64,000 nucleotides of DNA from a bacterium (GCA_021833245.1 JAKBGA010000001.1:7466-71465), one strand, 5' to 3'; shown: positions 48,862 to 59,704, counted from the stretch's first letter. Made by a program: numbers and translations. The notes: generated by a model from the sequence alone, not told the origin.

Positions 48862-49656
48862 TAATCGGCGAGCGTGATGATGCGATCGCATGGATGTTCT
48901 AGCAGTTCACGCTTCTATTCATGACCTCCGTTCTTCAAGAGATACTTTGCGTATTTTCAGACGTCTATTTCTTTTGCCTTCAACTGAGGATGGTTCTCTA
49001 GTACTCAGTATTTTGGCCCTCTCTTAAGAGTCGTGATGCCAGAGCAACAGTGTCTATGGAGAAATAGTTTCATGAAATTGATATTTCAAATCCACGAGTT
49101 GGTCAGAAAAATGTGAGCAGGGTCATGCTGACACATTTTGAACTGACACATCCCGTGTGATTGGGTGTGGAATGAGATACATGTTTCGGAAATATGGAGG
49201 AAAATTTATACATATTTTATAAACTGGGTTACACCTTGTACTATTCTGAACAAGAACCCGTTGGACATGTGGCCATGTGTTTCGTGGTGTCCTTGTTTCG
49301 TATGCAGCTTCCAAAGTGATACAAAATGTAGACTATAAATTAAGTCTGTGATAAATTCACATCAGATGTAATCTGTGTGTGAATTTTCAAACAAATAAAG
49401 TGAGGAGCAAAGATAACGATGGAAATGGATGAGAACAATGGACGCGACGAAGCGTCTTACCACGTGAGTAAGATAATAGACGACCGCTCCTATGTGAGCG
49501 GTGCACCAATCGATCCTATGTTTAGGGTAGAGTGGGAAAGTAAAAAATCCACCCTTCTGGAAAGGATTGATCAGATCATTGCATCAAGGTCTGATAGATA
49601 AGTCCAGTAAGGAATATTACGACGAGCGTATCCGGTTAGTGGAGTACGCTCGTTTT

Positions 49657-50121
49657 TTATAGATGATTATCATTTCTCGAGTTATTGTACTTTTTATTTT
49701 TTAATATGATTCCGATTCCCACATTGTGTTCTATATAATCAATTGCGGTCTTGAGAAGACTCACACTGTTATTAAACTTTCCAAGACCAACTTTGCAGTT
49801 TAAACAAAGCAATCCCCGTACTACCATTGTTTCGGGGGAATAATCTAGCGCGGGTCTTTTCATCGGGGAACTACATATTCCACATAATCCATGCTGTTGT
49901 TCAAACAATTCCGCATACAGCTGTCTGTATAGGCTCGCTGTTCCAAACAATAAGGCTAATTTCTTATCGTCAAGACATTGCCGACAACATGTTTTTCCAT
50001 CAACTGGAGGATTCTTCTCGCAATTCGGACAGATACCCATCGCCTTAAGCGCAGCCCTGCGTTTCCTTTGATAATTTAAAAACCGTTGTCTATCATATTC
50101 TGACCTCCAAGATTTAGACAT
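49657..50121 (-). CDS. recombination endonuclease VII-like (phage T4 Endo VII family) Zn-binding nuclease
   Basis: GLCGICSSPMKRPALDYSPETMVVRGLLCLNCKVGLGKF matches the Endonuclease_7 HNH-like core. Additional CxxC pairs lie N-terminally. It sits in an AT-rich islet between two tRNAs. Confidence 0.65.
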   Translation of the reverse strand: MSKSWRSEYDRQRFLNYQRKRRAALKAMGICPNCEKNPPVDGKTCCRQCLDDKKLALLFGTASLYRQLYAELFEQQHGLCGICSSPMKRPALDYSPETMVVRGLLCLNCKVGLGKFNNSVSLLKTAIDYIEHNVGIGIILKNKKYNNSRNDNHL

Positions 50122-50449
50122 AAATTACTATCCACAATAATATACTGTGGATAATTGATAAAGTGGAAAAAGGTGTTAGTACTGGGGATAAAGGACAATT
50201 ACTCCTAGTAAGACTTTATTACCGTCCTAAAGTTTATCGAGTAAACAAGCCATATTTCTAAAAGTCGTAAAAACCTTCTATAAAGAGGGTTGATATATTT
50301 AATCTGACCGAAAAAAGTTGAGTTAAAGGAAAAAATTGTATCTAATTTTTAATTCTCAAATCCTATCTCTCTTGCTCTGAGTCGAATATTTGATACATTA
50401 CCTAGAACTATCTGCCGTGAATCGCTTAGAACTGTTAGGATGCTATTAA

Positions 50450-50520
50450 CGGGCCGGAGTATGCTGGCAGTACGCCTGCTTTGGGAGCAGGTAGACCGAG
50501 TTCGATTCTCGGCGGCCCGA
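50450..50520 (+). tRNA. tRNA-Pro (TGG)
   Basis: Acceptor CGGGCCG/CGGCCCG+A, anticodon stem CCTGC/GCAGG with loop TTTGGGA, T-arm CCGAGTTCGATTCTCGG. Confidence 0.8.
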
Positions 50521-50523
50521 TTG

Positions 50524-51633
50524 TTATGGCATATGTGCAACTAAAATCGCCTCAAGTATGGAGATATTTGTTGTAAAATTGGTTATCGAGATTGCAACTG
50601 GTTCAGCAAGAAGAGAATTGAGTGTTCTACCAGTCTCCATTGCATAATCAGCACGAATATATGATTCAGTAATGGCACTGAGCTCGCGCGAGCTTGTATC
50701 GCCAGAAATCGTACTTGTAGTGATAGTACCCGCAAGTTCTCCGCTGGCATTCGCGACTCCTCCACCAGAAGACCCTTCCTGCGCTGCAACTGAACCGCCA
50801 AGTGCAAGTACGTCGATTGTGCTCGTCGCAAACGTGAATACGTTTTTTACTGAACCGAAGACGACCGTAGGGAAGAGGGAAGACTGCACTTGACTTGGCT
50901 CAAGAAACTGAGCCCCATAGGAGGCAATAACGATAGGTGTACCCGCGAGAAGCGGTTTAGTTGCAAGCGGTATGAAGTGAAATGAGGAAGGAAGTGCAGC
51001 AAGAGTCGCGCTCTTAGTAATAGCGAGGAGTGCGAAATCATACTGGCCAGTTCCGCTTGGTGCGGTTTCAGTAAGCAAGCCAGCATTAGCATTAATCCAT
51101 GCAGGTGAAATAAATATGAGTGCCGCGTTATAGCTGTCCGTGGCTGGACTTCCCGAACGGATGATGCAAGAAACGCCGCGATTCGCAAGAAGAAAGTATT
51201 GTGCAACATGGGCGTTTGTGAGAATAATTCCTTTGGGATCGATAATAACCCCACTGCCACTTATGGAGTGTAGACCACTTCCTATAGGTACGTAGCAAAT
51301 TATGTTCACGAGTGCAGCACGTAAGATGGACGCTGATGTATCAAGTGATATATTTCCAGATGGGGATGGGGCGCTAGAATTTCCTTGATCAGTCACTGAC
51401 GCTGTAACAACTCCCTTGTGTTGCGTAGAGATTGTTGTTGTTTCTTTTGCGGTGTGGCTTGAATTGGTATGTACCGGTGGAAAAAATATTGTCGATACTA
51501 GAGGTGTCAACGATACAGACTTTGACGAAGGAATAATATTTGGTGCTGTGAGCATATACCGAAAAAAAACGATTGAAAAACTTCCAAGAAGCAGTGCGAA
51601 CATCATCTTAAGAAGATAGTGCGTGAAGCGCAT
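50524..51633 (-). CDS. membrane-anchored trypsin-like (S1/HtrA-type) serine protease, no PDZ domain
   Basis: N-terminal TM. The catalytic triad context is GSGVIIDPKGIILTNAHV (His), a D in ...SYNAALIF..., and GSSGGGV (Ser). Confidence 0.7.
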   Translation of the reverse strand: MRFTHYLLKMMFALLLGSFSIVFFRYMLTAPNIIPSSKSVSLTPLVSTIFFPPVHTNSSHTAKETTTISTQHKGVVTASVTDQGNSSAPSPSGNISLDTSASILRAALVNIICYVPIGSGLHSISGSGVIIDPKGIILTNAHVAQYFLLANRGVSCIIRSGSPATDSYNAALIFISPAWINANAGLLTETAPSGTGQYDFALLAITKSATLAALPSSFHFIPLATKPLLAGTPIVIASYGAQFLEPSQVQSSLFPTVVFGSVKNVFTFATSTIDVLALGGSVAAQEGSSGGGVANASGELAGTITTSTISGDTSSRELSAITESYIRADYAMETGRTLNSLLAEPVAISITNFTTNISILEAILVAHMP

Positions 51634-51672
51634 TGTTCATACGCTATCCTAAAAATGGTATTCTCGCACTAT

Positions 51673-51744
51673 GCGGGCGTGGTCTAACGGCTATGACGGC
51701 TGCCTTCCAAGCAGTCAGCGCGGGTTCGACTCCCGCCGCCCGCA
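51673..51744 (+). tRNA. tRNA-Gly (TCC)
   Basis: Acceptor GCGGGCG/CGCCCGC+A, anticodon stem GCTGC/GCAGT with loop CTTCCAA, T-arm GCGGGTTCGACTCCCGC. Confidence 0.8.
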
Positions 51745-51926
51745 CCGCGTAAAAAAGCCAATTGCGGAATTCATTTTCGCTCTGGTTTCCCACTTTTTAT
51801 AAAATTTAGATCAGAGTCATAATTTTATAAATTAGTTATTCTTTAAGTATTCATTCGTGAATTTTTTCATTTAATGCTACTCAGGAAAAACTGAAAATTG
51901 TTAAATGACTTATAATAAAACATTAT

Positions 51927-53105
51927 ATGTCCAGAGAATCGCTTGAAGGTCGGTCCTGCTCTAATGCGGGGTATACTCAAAAAGATCGAACGGGAGATTC
52001 GACGGGTAACCATGAATTGGTCCAGAGCCACGACGAGATACGTAATGCACGCGCAATTGAGATTGCGGGAGAAGGGAACTATGCAAAAATAATCGACTCA
52101 TTACGACAGGAGGGTCTTCTTGATAAAGAAAGTGAGCGTGTAAGACATGTGTATGCTCTCGATAAAATCCCGTTCTTAACTAAAAAAGATGAGGAAATGT
52201 TTACCGTCCTCGAACTCTATGATGTCGAGACAGCGAGACATTGTCTCGATACTTACAGGATTGCGCAAGACAAGATGAGTGTGGAGATCCTGCCTGGTGT
52301 AATACTCGAACACCTTCTACAAGAAGACGAGGGAATTTCACTTGAGCAATTCTACCGCGCATGCCTCTTCCATGACATTGGGAAAGTCGAGGTGATACGC
52401 CAGGTTATACAGCACGAGATGGGGGATGGCGCGATGCTTGGTTGCTTACATCGTGTTTATCACGACCTTTATGTTAAGAAGAGAATTCCGGGGTCGCTTG
52501 GACTCACGGAAAATCCTACAAATGCCGCACTCGCTGAAGCGCTTGAGGTTCATCATATACGTCCCATATACCTTGTTCCAGCGCGAGAGGTTCTTTCTGA
52601 AAAAGATCTTACCGAGCTCAAGCGTTTTGGGCTTTCTGGTGATGAGACGCTTATGGAGATAATCATGAAACATGAGCAGGTGTCAGGAGATATCCTCAAG
52701 GCCGCCGGGTTCCCTGTTGAGGCATACCTTGCGGCGCACCACCATAATTACAACAGAGAGCCACTTCAGTACCCGATCGCGGTTGGTACGTTGCATATAA
52801 GCATCGATTTCGCAGACATACTCCACATGGCCGATGTTACTGAGGCGGTCTCCTCTTTAGGCCGTAAATATCGTAAGACGTTCAGCATACCGCAAACAAT
52901 GCGAGTCATTGTTGAACATGTCGAGGACGGGAAAATTTCCCCATTCGCAGCTTATCTATGGTTAACAGACGAATTACGGAAATATGAGGATAATTTGATA
53001 GTGTCTGGTGACGCGCTGAATGACAGGGATGTTAAAAATCTCGCATTCGTCCGTTCTTTTCTCGAAAAAGAAAATGATATGCTCCCGTTAAAACAATCGC
53101 GGTGA
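51927..53105 (+). CDS. HD-domain metal-dependent phosphohydrolase family protein (unknown substrate)
   Basis: H...HD motif context (CLFHDIGK) and further His/Asp clusters (HHHNY, LHMAD). 392 aa with no GYP motif. Confidence 0.5.
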   Translation: MSRESLEGRSCSNAGYTQKDRTGDSTGNHELVQSHDEIRNARAIEIAGEGNYAKIIDSLRQEGLLDKESERVRHVYALDKIPFLTKKDEEMFTVLELYDVETARHCLDTYRIAQDKMSVEILPGVILEHLLQEDEGISLEQFYRACLFHDIGKVEVIRQVIQHEMGDGAMLGCLHRVYHDLYVKKRIPGSLGLTENPTNAALAEALEVHHIRPIYLVPAREVLSEKDLTELKRFGLSGDETLMEIIMKHEQVSGDILKAAGFPVEAYLAAHHHNYNREPLQYPIAVGTLHISIDFADILHMADVTEAVSSLGRKYRKTFSIPQTMRVIVEHVEDGKISPFAAYLWLTDELRKYEDNLIVSGDALNDRDVKNLAFVRSFLEKENDMLPLKQSR

Positions 53106-53187
53106 TTAATCGCAAGTAACGAGTTTAGATTGCGCTAATTATAAATAAACCAATACTGCTAGATGTTTTTGGTTTTTATAAGGGGAA

Positions 53188-53637
53188 TCATTCAATGATG
53201 CACGTACCGGCTGTACCATTACATAAGAAGCCGCCGCATTTTTCGCACTCCATCTTAAAGACGGAGAAACGCCCGCTACCGATGAGCGCAACAGCAAGAG
53301 AGACCATTGCGAGGTAAAACTCAATCCCGGGTCCATGACCAAAACCAACGATAAACGTGGCGACTAACATCTCTATACTGAAGAGTAGCGCGAAAAATCG
53401 CGTTGCGATGCCAAGAATAAGTGCCAAACCACCGATGAGTTCAAGCAAGGAGATGAAATAGGCGATTGGGGCTGAAAAACCCATATGAGCAAACATACCT
53501 ATGGTATTCCCCATGTTATTTACCTTCATCCAACCATGGAAAAAAAATATTAAACCTGTTGCTACTCGCAGAAGAAGAAGCCCGAATGCACGTTGATAGA
53601 AGTATCTGCTTATTGCATTTGCGGTATCAGTAAGCAT
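53188..53637 (-). CDS. DoxX-family membrane protein with C-terminal Cys-rich tail
   Basis: Four TM helices (RVATGLIFFFHGWMK...) and a C-terminal CEKCGGFLCNGTAGTC. Confidence 0.65.
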   Translation of the reverse strand: MLTDTANAISRYFYQRAFGLLLLRVATGLIFFFHGWMKVNNMGNTIGMFAHMGFSAPIAYFISLLELIGGLALILGIATRFFALLFSIEMLVATFIVGFGHGPGIEFYLAMVSLAVALIGSGRFSVFKMECEKCGGFLCNGTAGTCIIE

Positions 53638-53682
53638 ATGTCATTCATTAATTTGTTGGTGAGTAAGTACATTGAAACGAGA

Positions 53683-54012
53683 TTATTTTATCACCCTCAT
53701 TCCTAATTTTTCCCATTCCCCAAATCCTCCATTGAGATTATAACAATTGGTAAAACCAATCTCTTCCATCATTCGTACAGTCTTACTTGAACGACCACCA
53801 CTTGCACAGTAAACGATGTAGTTTTTTGAGCGGTCCAGCTTTTCAATTTCAGACCTGAAGTTCTTATCATAAAAATCTATATTATCACTCCCTTCTATGT
53901 ATCCAAACATACGCTCTTCGGGGGTCCGCACATCAAGAACACATACATTGCCTTCATTTATCCTCTTCTCCAAATCCACGACAGTTATATCACCATATTT
54001 CATAATGAACAT
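53683..54012 (-). CDS. rhodanese-like sulfurtransferase domain protein
   Basis: VLDVRTPEE...YCASGGRS is the rhodanese active-site loop. The start was placed at the internal Met. Confidence 0.75.
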   Translation of the reverse strand: MFIMKYGDITVVDLEKRINEGNVCVLDVRTPEERMFGYIEGSDNIDFYDKNFRSEIEKLDRSKNYIVYCASGGRSSKTVRMMEEIGFTNCYNLNGGFGEWEKLGMRVIK

Positions 54013-54091
54013 ATTAACACAAATAACAGTTCTCATGAAAAGACAACACGGCACTATGTGTGTGCCGTGTTGTCTTTTAAAACACGAAACC

Positions 54092-54364
54092 TTATTTCAC
54101 CGCATCCTTAAGCGCCTTTGCGGCACGGAATTTCGCCGTACGAGAAGCTGCAATGTGAATTGTCTCGCCTGTGCGGGGGTTGCGACCTTCACGCGCCGGA
54201 CGTGCCTTTGTTGCGAAAATGCCAAGACCAGCAATTGACACCTCTTCCCCGGACTTGAGGCCGGAAACGACCGCATCTATAACTGTCTCAACTGCACGCT
54301 CCGCGTCAGCTTTTGTCGTTCCGAGCACGCCATGCACCTTGTCTACAATGTCTGCTTTATTCAT
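54092..54364 (-). CDS. hup: DNA-binding protein HU
   Basis: MNKADIVDKV...GLGIFATKARPAREGRNPRTGETIHIAASRTAKFRAAKALKDA is an HU sequence. Confidence 0.9.
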   Translation of the reverse strand: MNKADIVDKVHGVLGTTKADAERAVETVIDAVVSGLKSGEEVSIAGLGIFATKARPAREGRNPRTGETIHIAASRTAKFRAAKALKDAVK

Positions 54365-54478
54365 GAGTATCTTCTAATTACTAATCCCACGGCCTGTCTT
54401 GGGTGGGCATGAAAGAAAGTATAGAAAACGAGCCATATTTCGCAATAGGCTTGCCAAGGAAACGTTGATAACGTGAAA

Positions 54479-55993
54479 TCACCGTGCAAATTCAACGACA
54501 CGATTTTCACGAATGACATTTACCTTGATTTCTCCAGGATATTTCAATTCTGCCTGTATACGTTTCGCTATGTCACGTGCAAGCGTGTGCATTGCGATAT
54601 CTGAAATCTTGCCTGGATTCACAAAGATACGTATCTCACGCCCTGCCGCGATAGCGTAAACTTTTTCAACGCCCTCAAAAGCTGATGTAAGCCGTTCAAG
54701 GTCACCGAGGCGCTCCAAGTAACGATCAACGGTGTCGCGACGTGCACCTGGGCGACTACTTGATATCGCGTCGGCAACCTGCACAATGACCGACTCTGGC
54801 GTTTCGTATGGATACTCTTCATGATGCGATTGCATGGCGCAAATGATGCGCTTATCGACACCAAATTTTTCTAAAATACGTCGTCCTATTTCTACATGGG
54901 TACCTTCAACCTCGTGATCAACTGCTTTCCCGATGTCATGTAGCAATGCCCCCGCGCGCGCGATAACTACATCAGCATGAAGCTCTGCTGCGAGCATCCC
55001 AGCAATATGTGCCATTTCAACTGAATGTTGAAGCACATTTTGTCCATAACTGGTACGAAAATGGAGGCGCCCGAGAAGTGCGATGAGTTTTGGATCAAGA
55101 CCTACAACACCGACCTCGTACGCTGCAGCCTCACCCTTTTGCTTTATGATGTCTGCAACCTCAGCACGAGTTTTCTTTATTGTTTCTTCTATCTTTGTAG
55201 GTTGGATACGGCCGTCAGTAATAAGCTTTTCGAGTGCAATCTTTGCAATAGCACGACGAAGTGGGTCAAATGAAGAGAGTGTTATCTTATCTGGCTCATC
55301 ATCGATGAGAACATCAACACCAGTGGCGCGTTCGAAAGCTTTTATATTACGGCCTTCCTTGCCAATTATCTTCCCCTTCACATCATCTGAAGGTAAGGTG
55401 ATTGAAAGGGACATGACTTCTGCATTTACCGCGTTTCCAAGACGATGGATAATGGTTGTTAGAATGTCACGTGCCTTATCCTCAAGCCGTTCTCGACCAT
55501 GCGCTTCAAGTTTCTGTAAGCGCATGAGGATCGCTTCTTCATAGGTATGTTCTATTTCTAAAAAAAGTTCCTCAAGGGCCTTTTTCTCAGAAAAATGCGC
55601 GATTTTTGCGAGTTCCTTGGCACGCTCGGCAGAAAGATTTTCTGCCTCATTTTTTGCACGTATTGTTTCCTGTTCGCGTACCCGTGCGCTATCTTCCTTC
55701 TCATCAAGATCACGTTGACGTGAATCCAGAAACTCTTCTCGTGATGCGAGACGCTCCTCCCGTGCGACAATCTTTTCTTCGCGTTCTTCAATAGGAGCAA
55801 GGCACTCTGTCTCAAGAACAGCGCTTCGGAATTCAGCATCAGCTATTATTCGAGCTGCTTGTTCTTTTGTATGAAGTAATTTCTGCCTTATATCGAGCTC
55901 GACTGAACCGCGTTGAGCAAGCCCAATGAGAACACGCAGAACGTATCCAAGTGCAATACCGCCCACGCCCGAGAGGGCAAGCATTATTAACAC
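54479..55993 (-). CDS. rny: ribonuclease Y
   Basis: N-terminal TM, coiled coil, KH domain (KGKIIGKEGRNIKAFE) and HD domain (ALLHDIGKA). Confidence 0.9.
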   Translation of the reverse strand: MLIMLALSGVGGIALGYVLRVLIGLAQRGSVELDIRQKLLHTKEQAARIIADAEFRSAVLETECLAPIEEREEKIVAREERLASREEFLDSRQRDLDEKEDSARVREQETIRAKNEAENLSAERAKELAKIAHFSEKKALEELFLEIEHTYEEAILMRLQKLEAHGRERLEDKARDILTTIIHRLGNAVNAEVMSLSITLPSDDVKGKIIGKEGRNIKAFERATGVDVLIDDEPDKITLSSFDPLRRAIAKIALEKLITDGRIQPTKIEETIKKTRAEVADIIKQKGEAAAYEVGVVGLDPKLIALLGRLHFRTSYGQNVLQHSVEMAHIAGMLAAELHADVVIARAGALLHDIGKAVDHEVEGTHVEIGRRILEKFGVDKRIICAMQSHHEEYPYETPESVIVQVADAISSSRPGARRDTVDRYLERLGDLERLTSAFEGVEKVYAIAAGREIRIFVNPGKISDIAMHTLARDIAKRIQAELKYPGEIKVNVIRENRVVEFAR

Positions 55994-56189
55994 AATTTTG
56001 AGTGAAATAAGCCTATTCGATTATGCCTGTCTCGCACCCGCGCAACAGGGGGGAGATTAAATGTGAAAAAGGGGACAGAAAACGCTCAAATTGGTCAGTC
56101 GGTGAGGCGGGATGAAGAAACCTTAACATAAAATCTTGTGTGGTTCATCTGCGTAAGCTTTTATTTCTCATGTGTTGTGTGCGCTTAGT

Positions 56190-56792
56190 TTATTTGTATA
56201 CCTGATCAATGAGGCCATATTTTTTTGCCTCATCTGCAGTCATGAAGAAATCACGTTCGACGTCTTTCTCTATTTTTTCGAACGGCTGTCCTGTATTCTT
56301 CGCAAGGATTTTATTGAGTCGTTCACGAAGCTTCAGAATCTGTTTTGCGGTAATCTCGATATCAGTCGCTTGGCCCTCGGCACCGCCATGTGGTTGGTGG
56401 ATCATTACTTCAGCATTCGGAAGTGCAAAACGCTTACCTTTCTCACCCGCAGAAAGCAGGATTGCGGCCCCTGAAGCCGCCATACCGACGCATACGGTCG
56501 AAACCGCTGGTTTTACATGATTCATCGTATCTACCATTGCCAATGTCGATGTAACCGAACCGCCGGGAGAATTTATATAGAACAGAATGTCCTTCTTTGG
56601 GTCCTCTGCCTCTAGGAAAAGAAGTTGTGCGATGACAAGATTTGCAACATCATCATCTATGGGACCTCCGAGAAAAACTATACGATCCTTGAGAAGACGC
56701 GAGTAAATGTCATAGGCACGCTCACCAAATTGACTTTTCTCGATAACCATCGGAACAAGCATAGAAGCACGTGGTTGTTTTTGTATGTTCAT
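56190..56792 (-). CDS. clpP: ATP-dependent Clp protease proteolytic subunit
   Basis: [20 protein letters not shown] and [14 protein letters not shown] are the ClpP catalytic Ser/His region. Confidence 0.95.
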   Translation of the reverse strand: MNIQKQPRASMLVPMVIEKSQFGERAYDIYSRLLKDRIVFLGGPIDDDVANLVIAQLLFLEAEDPKKDILFYINSPGGSVTSTLAMVDTMNHVKPAVSTVCVGMAASGAAILLSAGEKGKRFALPNAEVMIHQPHGGAEGQATDIEITAKQILKLRERLNKILAKNTGQPFEKIEKDVERDFFMTADEAKKYGLIDQVYK

Positions 56793-56812
56793 AATTAAAA
56801 ATAATTTTGTAT

Positions 56813-57016
56813 TTATTTATTTTGCACGGTTGTTGGTACGTTAAACGTGTTTTCCTGAGTAATTCGATTGCTCCAGGAATAAAATGCACCCGTAATAATC
56901 ATGAGTACGATGATAATGATGGAAATAATGACCCCCCAGGACTGGGCTTTTCGTGACGGTATTTCTGGCAGGATTGTGCGATTCGGCGGGGTAGTGGGGG
57001 GTTCATTATATTCCAT
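56813..57016 (-). CDS. possible small single-TM membrane protein (67 aa)
   Basis: [48 protein letters not shown] lies downstream of ppa and overlaps its stop. Only the part outside ppa is credible. Confidence 0.3.
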   Translation of the reverse strand: MEYNEPPTTPPNRTILPEIPSRKAQSWGVIISIIIIVLMIITGAFYSWSNRITQENTFNVPTTVQNK

Positions 57017-57551
57017 GATGTTCCTTACTTGATGCGCGTGAATCACGGTACATTTTGAGTGCGCGATCGTATGCAGCGATCGCTGCCAAGTGCCCCTCAA
57101 AATCTCCCACGACGACTTCTTTGTTCTGGATCTGTTTATAAGTCGAAAAGAAATGCGCAATTTCTTTCAATACGTGTTGATTTGCGTCACTAATATCTTT
57201 TATAGAAGCGTAGCGAGGGTCGCCTGCCGCAACTGCGATTATTTTTTCATCTGCTTCACCGCCATCAGTCATATGCATGATGCCAACTGGGCGGGCAGAG
57301 ACAAGAATGCCGGGCACGAGTGGATACGTGGTTAGAAGAACGACATCTAAGGCATCACCATCATCCCAGAGTGACTGGGGCACAAAACCATAATCAAATG
57401 GATAATTCTGCGCACTGTGCATGACACGATCGAGTTTGATAATTCCAGTCTTCTTATCGATTTCGTATTTATTGTGCGAATCTTTTGGAATTTCCACAAT
57501 GACATTCATTTCTTCCTTGGTGCCAGGGTCAATGTCATGCAATAAATTCAT
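57006..57551 (-). CDS. ppa: inorganic pyrophosphatase (family I)
   Basis: DGDALDVVLL and HMTDGGEADEKIIAV match the PPase signature region. Confidence 0.9.
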   Translation of the reverse strand: MNLLHDIDPGTKEEMNVIVEIPKDSHNKYEIDKKTGIIKLDRVMHSAQNYPFDYGFVPQSLWDDGDALDVVLLTTYPLVPGILVSARPVGIMHMTDGGEADEKIIAVAAGDPRYASIKDISDANQHVLKEIAHFFSTYKQIQNKEVVVGDFEGHLAAIAAYDRALKMYRDSRASSKEHHGI

Positions 57552-57598
57552 ATTTGGTAATTATACCGCATCCTAAATTTTTTCAAAAGCTGACAACT

Positions 57599-58960
57599 CT
57601 ATCCATCTTTTGCCTTATCGCGATCTTCCTCCGCATCAGCAACAGTCTCGTCGCTATCAGGGAGATTGACTAACTCCTCCTCAGCGGGAAGCTCTGTTGT
57701 CTCTGTAATCTTGTCCGTAATAATTTCGGTGCTCTCGGTCGACATAATGCCAGCCTCTTCTGCGGTACTTCCTTCAGAAGGGCTAACGACGACCATCTCT
57801 CCGTCGGACTCTGCAACCTCGGTGCCGCCTGCTGAAACTATATCAATGTTCCACCCAGTGAGTTTTGCCGCAAGACGCACATTCTGACCACCACGACCAA
57901 TGGCAAGTGATTGTTCATCTTCAGCAACGGTGACTGTTGCACGATGGCCAACTTCGTCAAGCACTAACTCAAGTGGGGTAGCTGGAGAGAGGGCTTCTTT
58001 TACAAATTCTCTCGCATCGCTATTCCATTCAATGATATCAATACGCTCACCACCTAATTCACTCATTACCGTGGAAACACGCACACCGCGTTGACCAACA
58101 AGTGAACCGACTGGGTCGACGTGAGGATCAAGTGATGCGAGAGCGATTTTTGTACGACTACCCGGTTCACGCGCGAGTGCCTTCACCTCGATAGATCCCG
58201 CTGCAAGTTCTGGTGCTTCGAGCTCAAAAAGCTTCACTACAAATTGCGGATGTGCCCGGGAAAGCCGCAGGTATACGCCACGAAAACCTTCGTCCACCGC
58301 ATAAAGGTAAGCACGAATACGCTCACCAATACGATAGCGTTCACCTGGAATTTGTTCTTCATATGAAATGATACCGGTCGTGCGCCCAAGATCAACGAAA
58401 ATTGCCCCGCGCTCCATACGCTGGACAATCCCGCCCACAATTTGGCCTTTTTTCTCACCGAATTCTTCCATCATGGAGAGCTTTTCTGCCTCACGGACTT
58501 TCTGAATGACAACCTGCTTAGCGGTCTGTGCGGCAATACGACCGAAGTCATCTTGTGGCTCGAGTGGAAAAACAATCTCTTCACCGACAGAAACACCGCG
58601 TTTTATAAGTTTCGCATCATTTATGCGAATATGTTTTTCTGGATCAAAGCGGGGTAATTCACCTTCAGCAAGGTGCTCCTCTTCACCGTGAAATGAGCGT
58701 GCATGCGTCGATATTTCTGGTCCTTCATCAGGAGTATGAAAACGAACCGTTGTGTCATCTACAACGGTTTTTATTTGCTCAAAAGAGATTGTTCCTGTGT
58801 TGAGATTGAGTTTGGCATGAACGATTTGTCCACGTTTACCGTATTCACGCTTATACGCTGTCGCCATCGCACTCTCAATAGCATCAATCATCGTCGCGCG
58901 ACTGATACCACGATCTTCGAACTCCCCAAGTACTGTATTGATAGTTTTCAAATCAATCAT
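57599..58960 (-). CDS. nusA: transcription termination/antitermination factor NusA (acidic C-terminal tail)
   Basis: N-terminal domain, S1 and two KH domains (IGRGGQNVRLAAKLTGWNIDIV). The start was refined to MIDLKTIN (codon 18). Confidence 0.85.
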   Translation of the reverse strand: MIDLKTINTVLGEFEDRGISRATMIDAIESAMATAYKREYGKRGQIVHAKLNLNTGTISFEQIKTVVDDTTVRFHTPDEGPEISTHARSFHGEEEHLAEGELPRFDPEKHIRINDAKLIKRGVSVGEEIVFPLEPQDDFGRIAAQTAKQVVIQKVREAEKLSMMEEFGEKKGQIVGGIVQRMERGAIFVDLGRTTGIISYEEQIPGERYRIGERIRAYLYAVDEGFRGVYLRLSRAHPQFVVKLFELEAPELAAGSIEVKALAREPGSRTKIALASLDPHVDPVGSLVGQRGVRVSTVMSELGGERIDIIEWNSDAREFVKEALSPATPLELVLDEVGHRATVTVAEDEQSLAIGRGGQNVRLAAKLTGWNIDIVSAGGTEVAESDGEMVVVSPSEGSTAEEAGIMSTESTEIITDKITETTELPAEEELVNLPDSDETVADAEEDRDKAKDG

Positions 58961-59704
58961 ATGGAATATGTATGTAGCACCTTCTAAAAAGAAAGACCGC
59001 GCCGCGGACATTTCAGATATTATCAGGATACCAGGTGCTGGTTATATGTCAACTTAGCCGCTTGAATTCTAATTTGAAACGCAACATGCCTTTTTGAAAA
59101 TCGCGCAGAGAATACGCCAGCAAAGACTCGCGTGGCGTATGGCTCATGAAGTTCGCCACCTCATCGAGATCTTCTTGAGACTTGAGACACATGAGCCATA
59201 GCATCCCTCAATAGTCGCAGAAATCTCGTATCGCCTCGCGTAATCGGTGTGCATGAAGGTGGCGCCATATTGCCCCCGAAGACACCGATGCTCATATGAT
59301 CTCGGCGGTGCCTGAGAAAGATTACAAATCGAGCAAACGAACTTCGTTCAAATTTGCCTGCCCACGACTTCGAGCCCATACCATCTTCGTTTCTTCCTGT
59401 TCTGCAGCAGATGCTACTTACAGTTAATGCAACAAGAAATATCCACTGCAATGGTTAAGTCGTTCAACGTTCCTGTCGTACCTGCGGATATGCACTTTCA
59501 ACGCTTCAGCATTTGTTGCATTTCAAGAGGGAATTCAGTCCGTAATGTTTCATTAACTTATGAATACGCTAGGATAGTGAGGGGGTTGATTTTGGACATC
59601 TCCTAGATTAGGTTCCTGTCTCGGTAGATAACTCATAAAATAATATCGTGATACACGTCTGTATGTCGCAATAATACTACTGCGATAGTCTATAATTAAA
59701 AAGC

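Noticed and set aside
56813-57160. Full 115-aa ORF as a gene
   Set aside because: Its 5' half overlaps ppa out of frame. Only the downstream 67-aa single-TM portion is plausible, and it is given low confidence.
59161-59451. 96-aa minus-strand ORF in the nusA upstream region
   Set aside because: It has no start context and an odd composition. The region looks non-coding or pseudogenised, so it is reported as a finding rather than a CDS.
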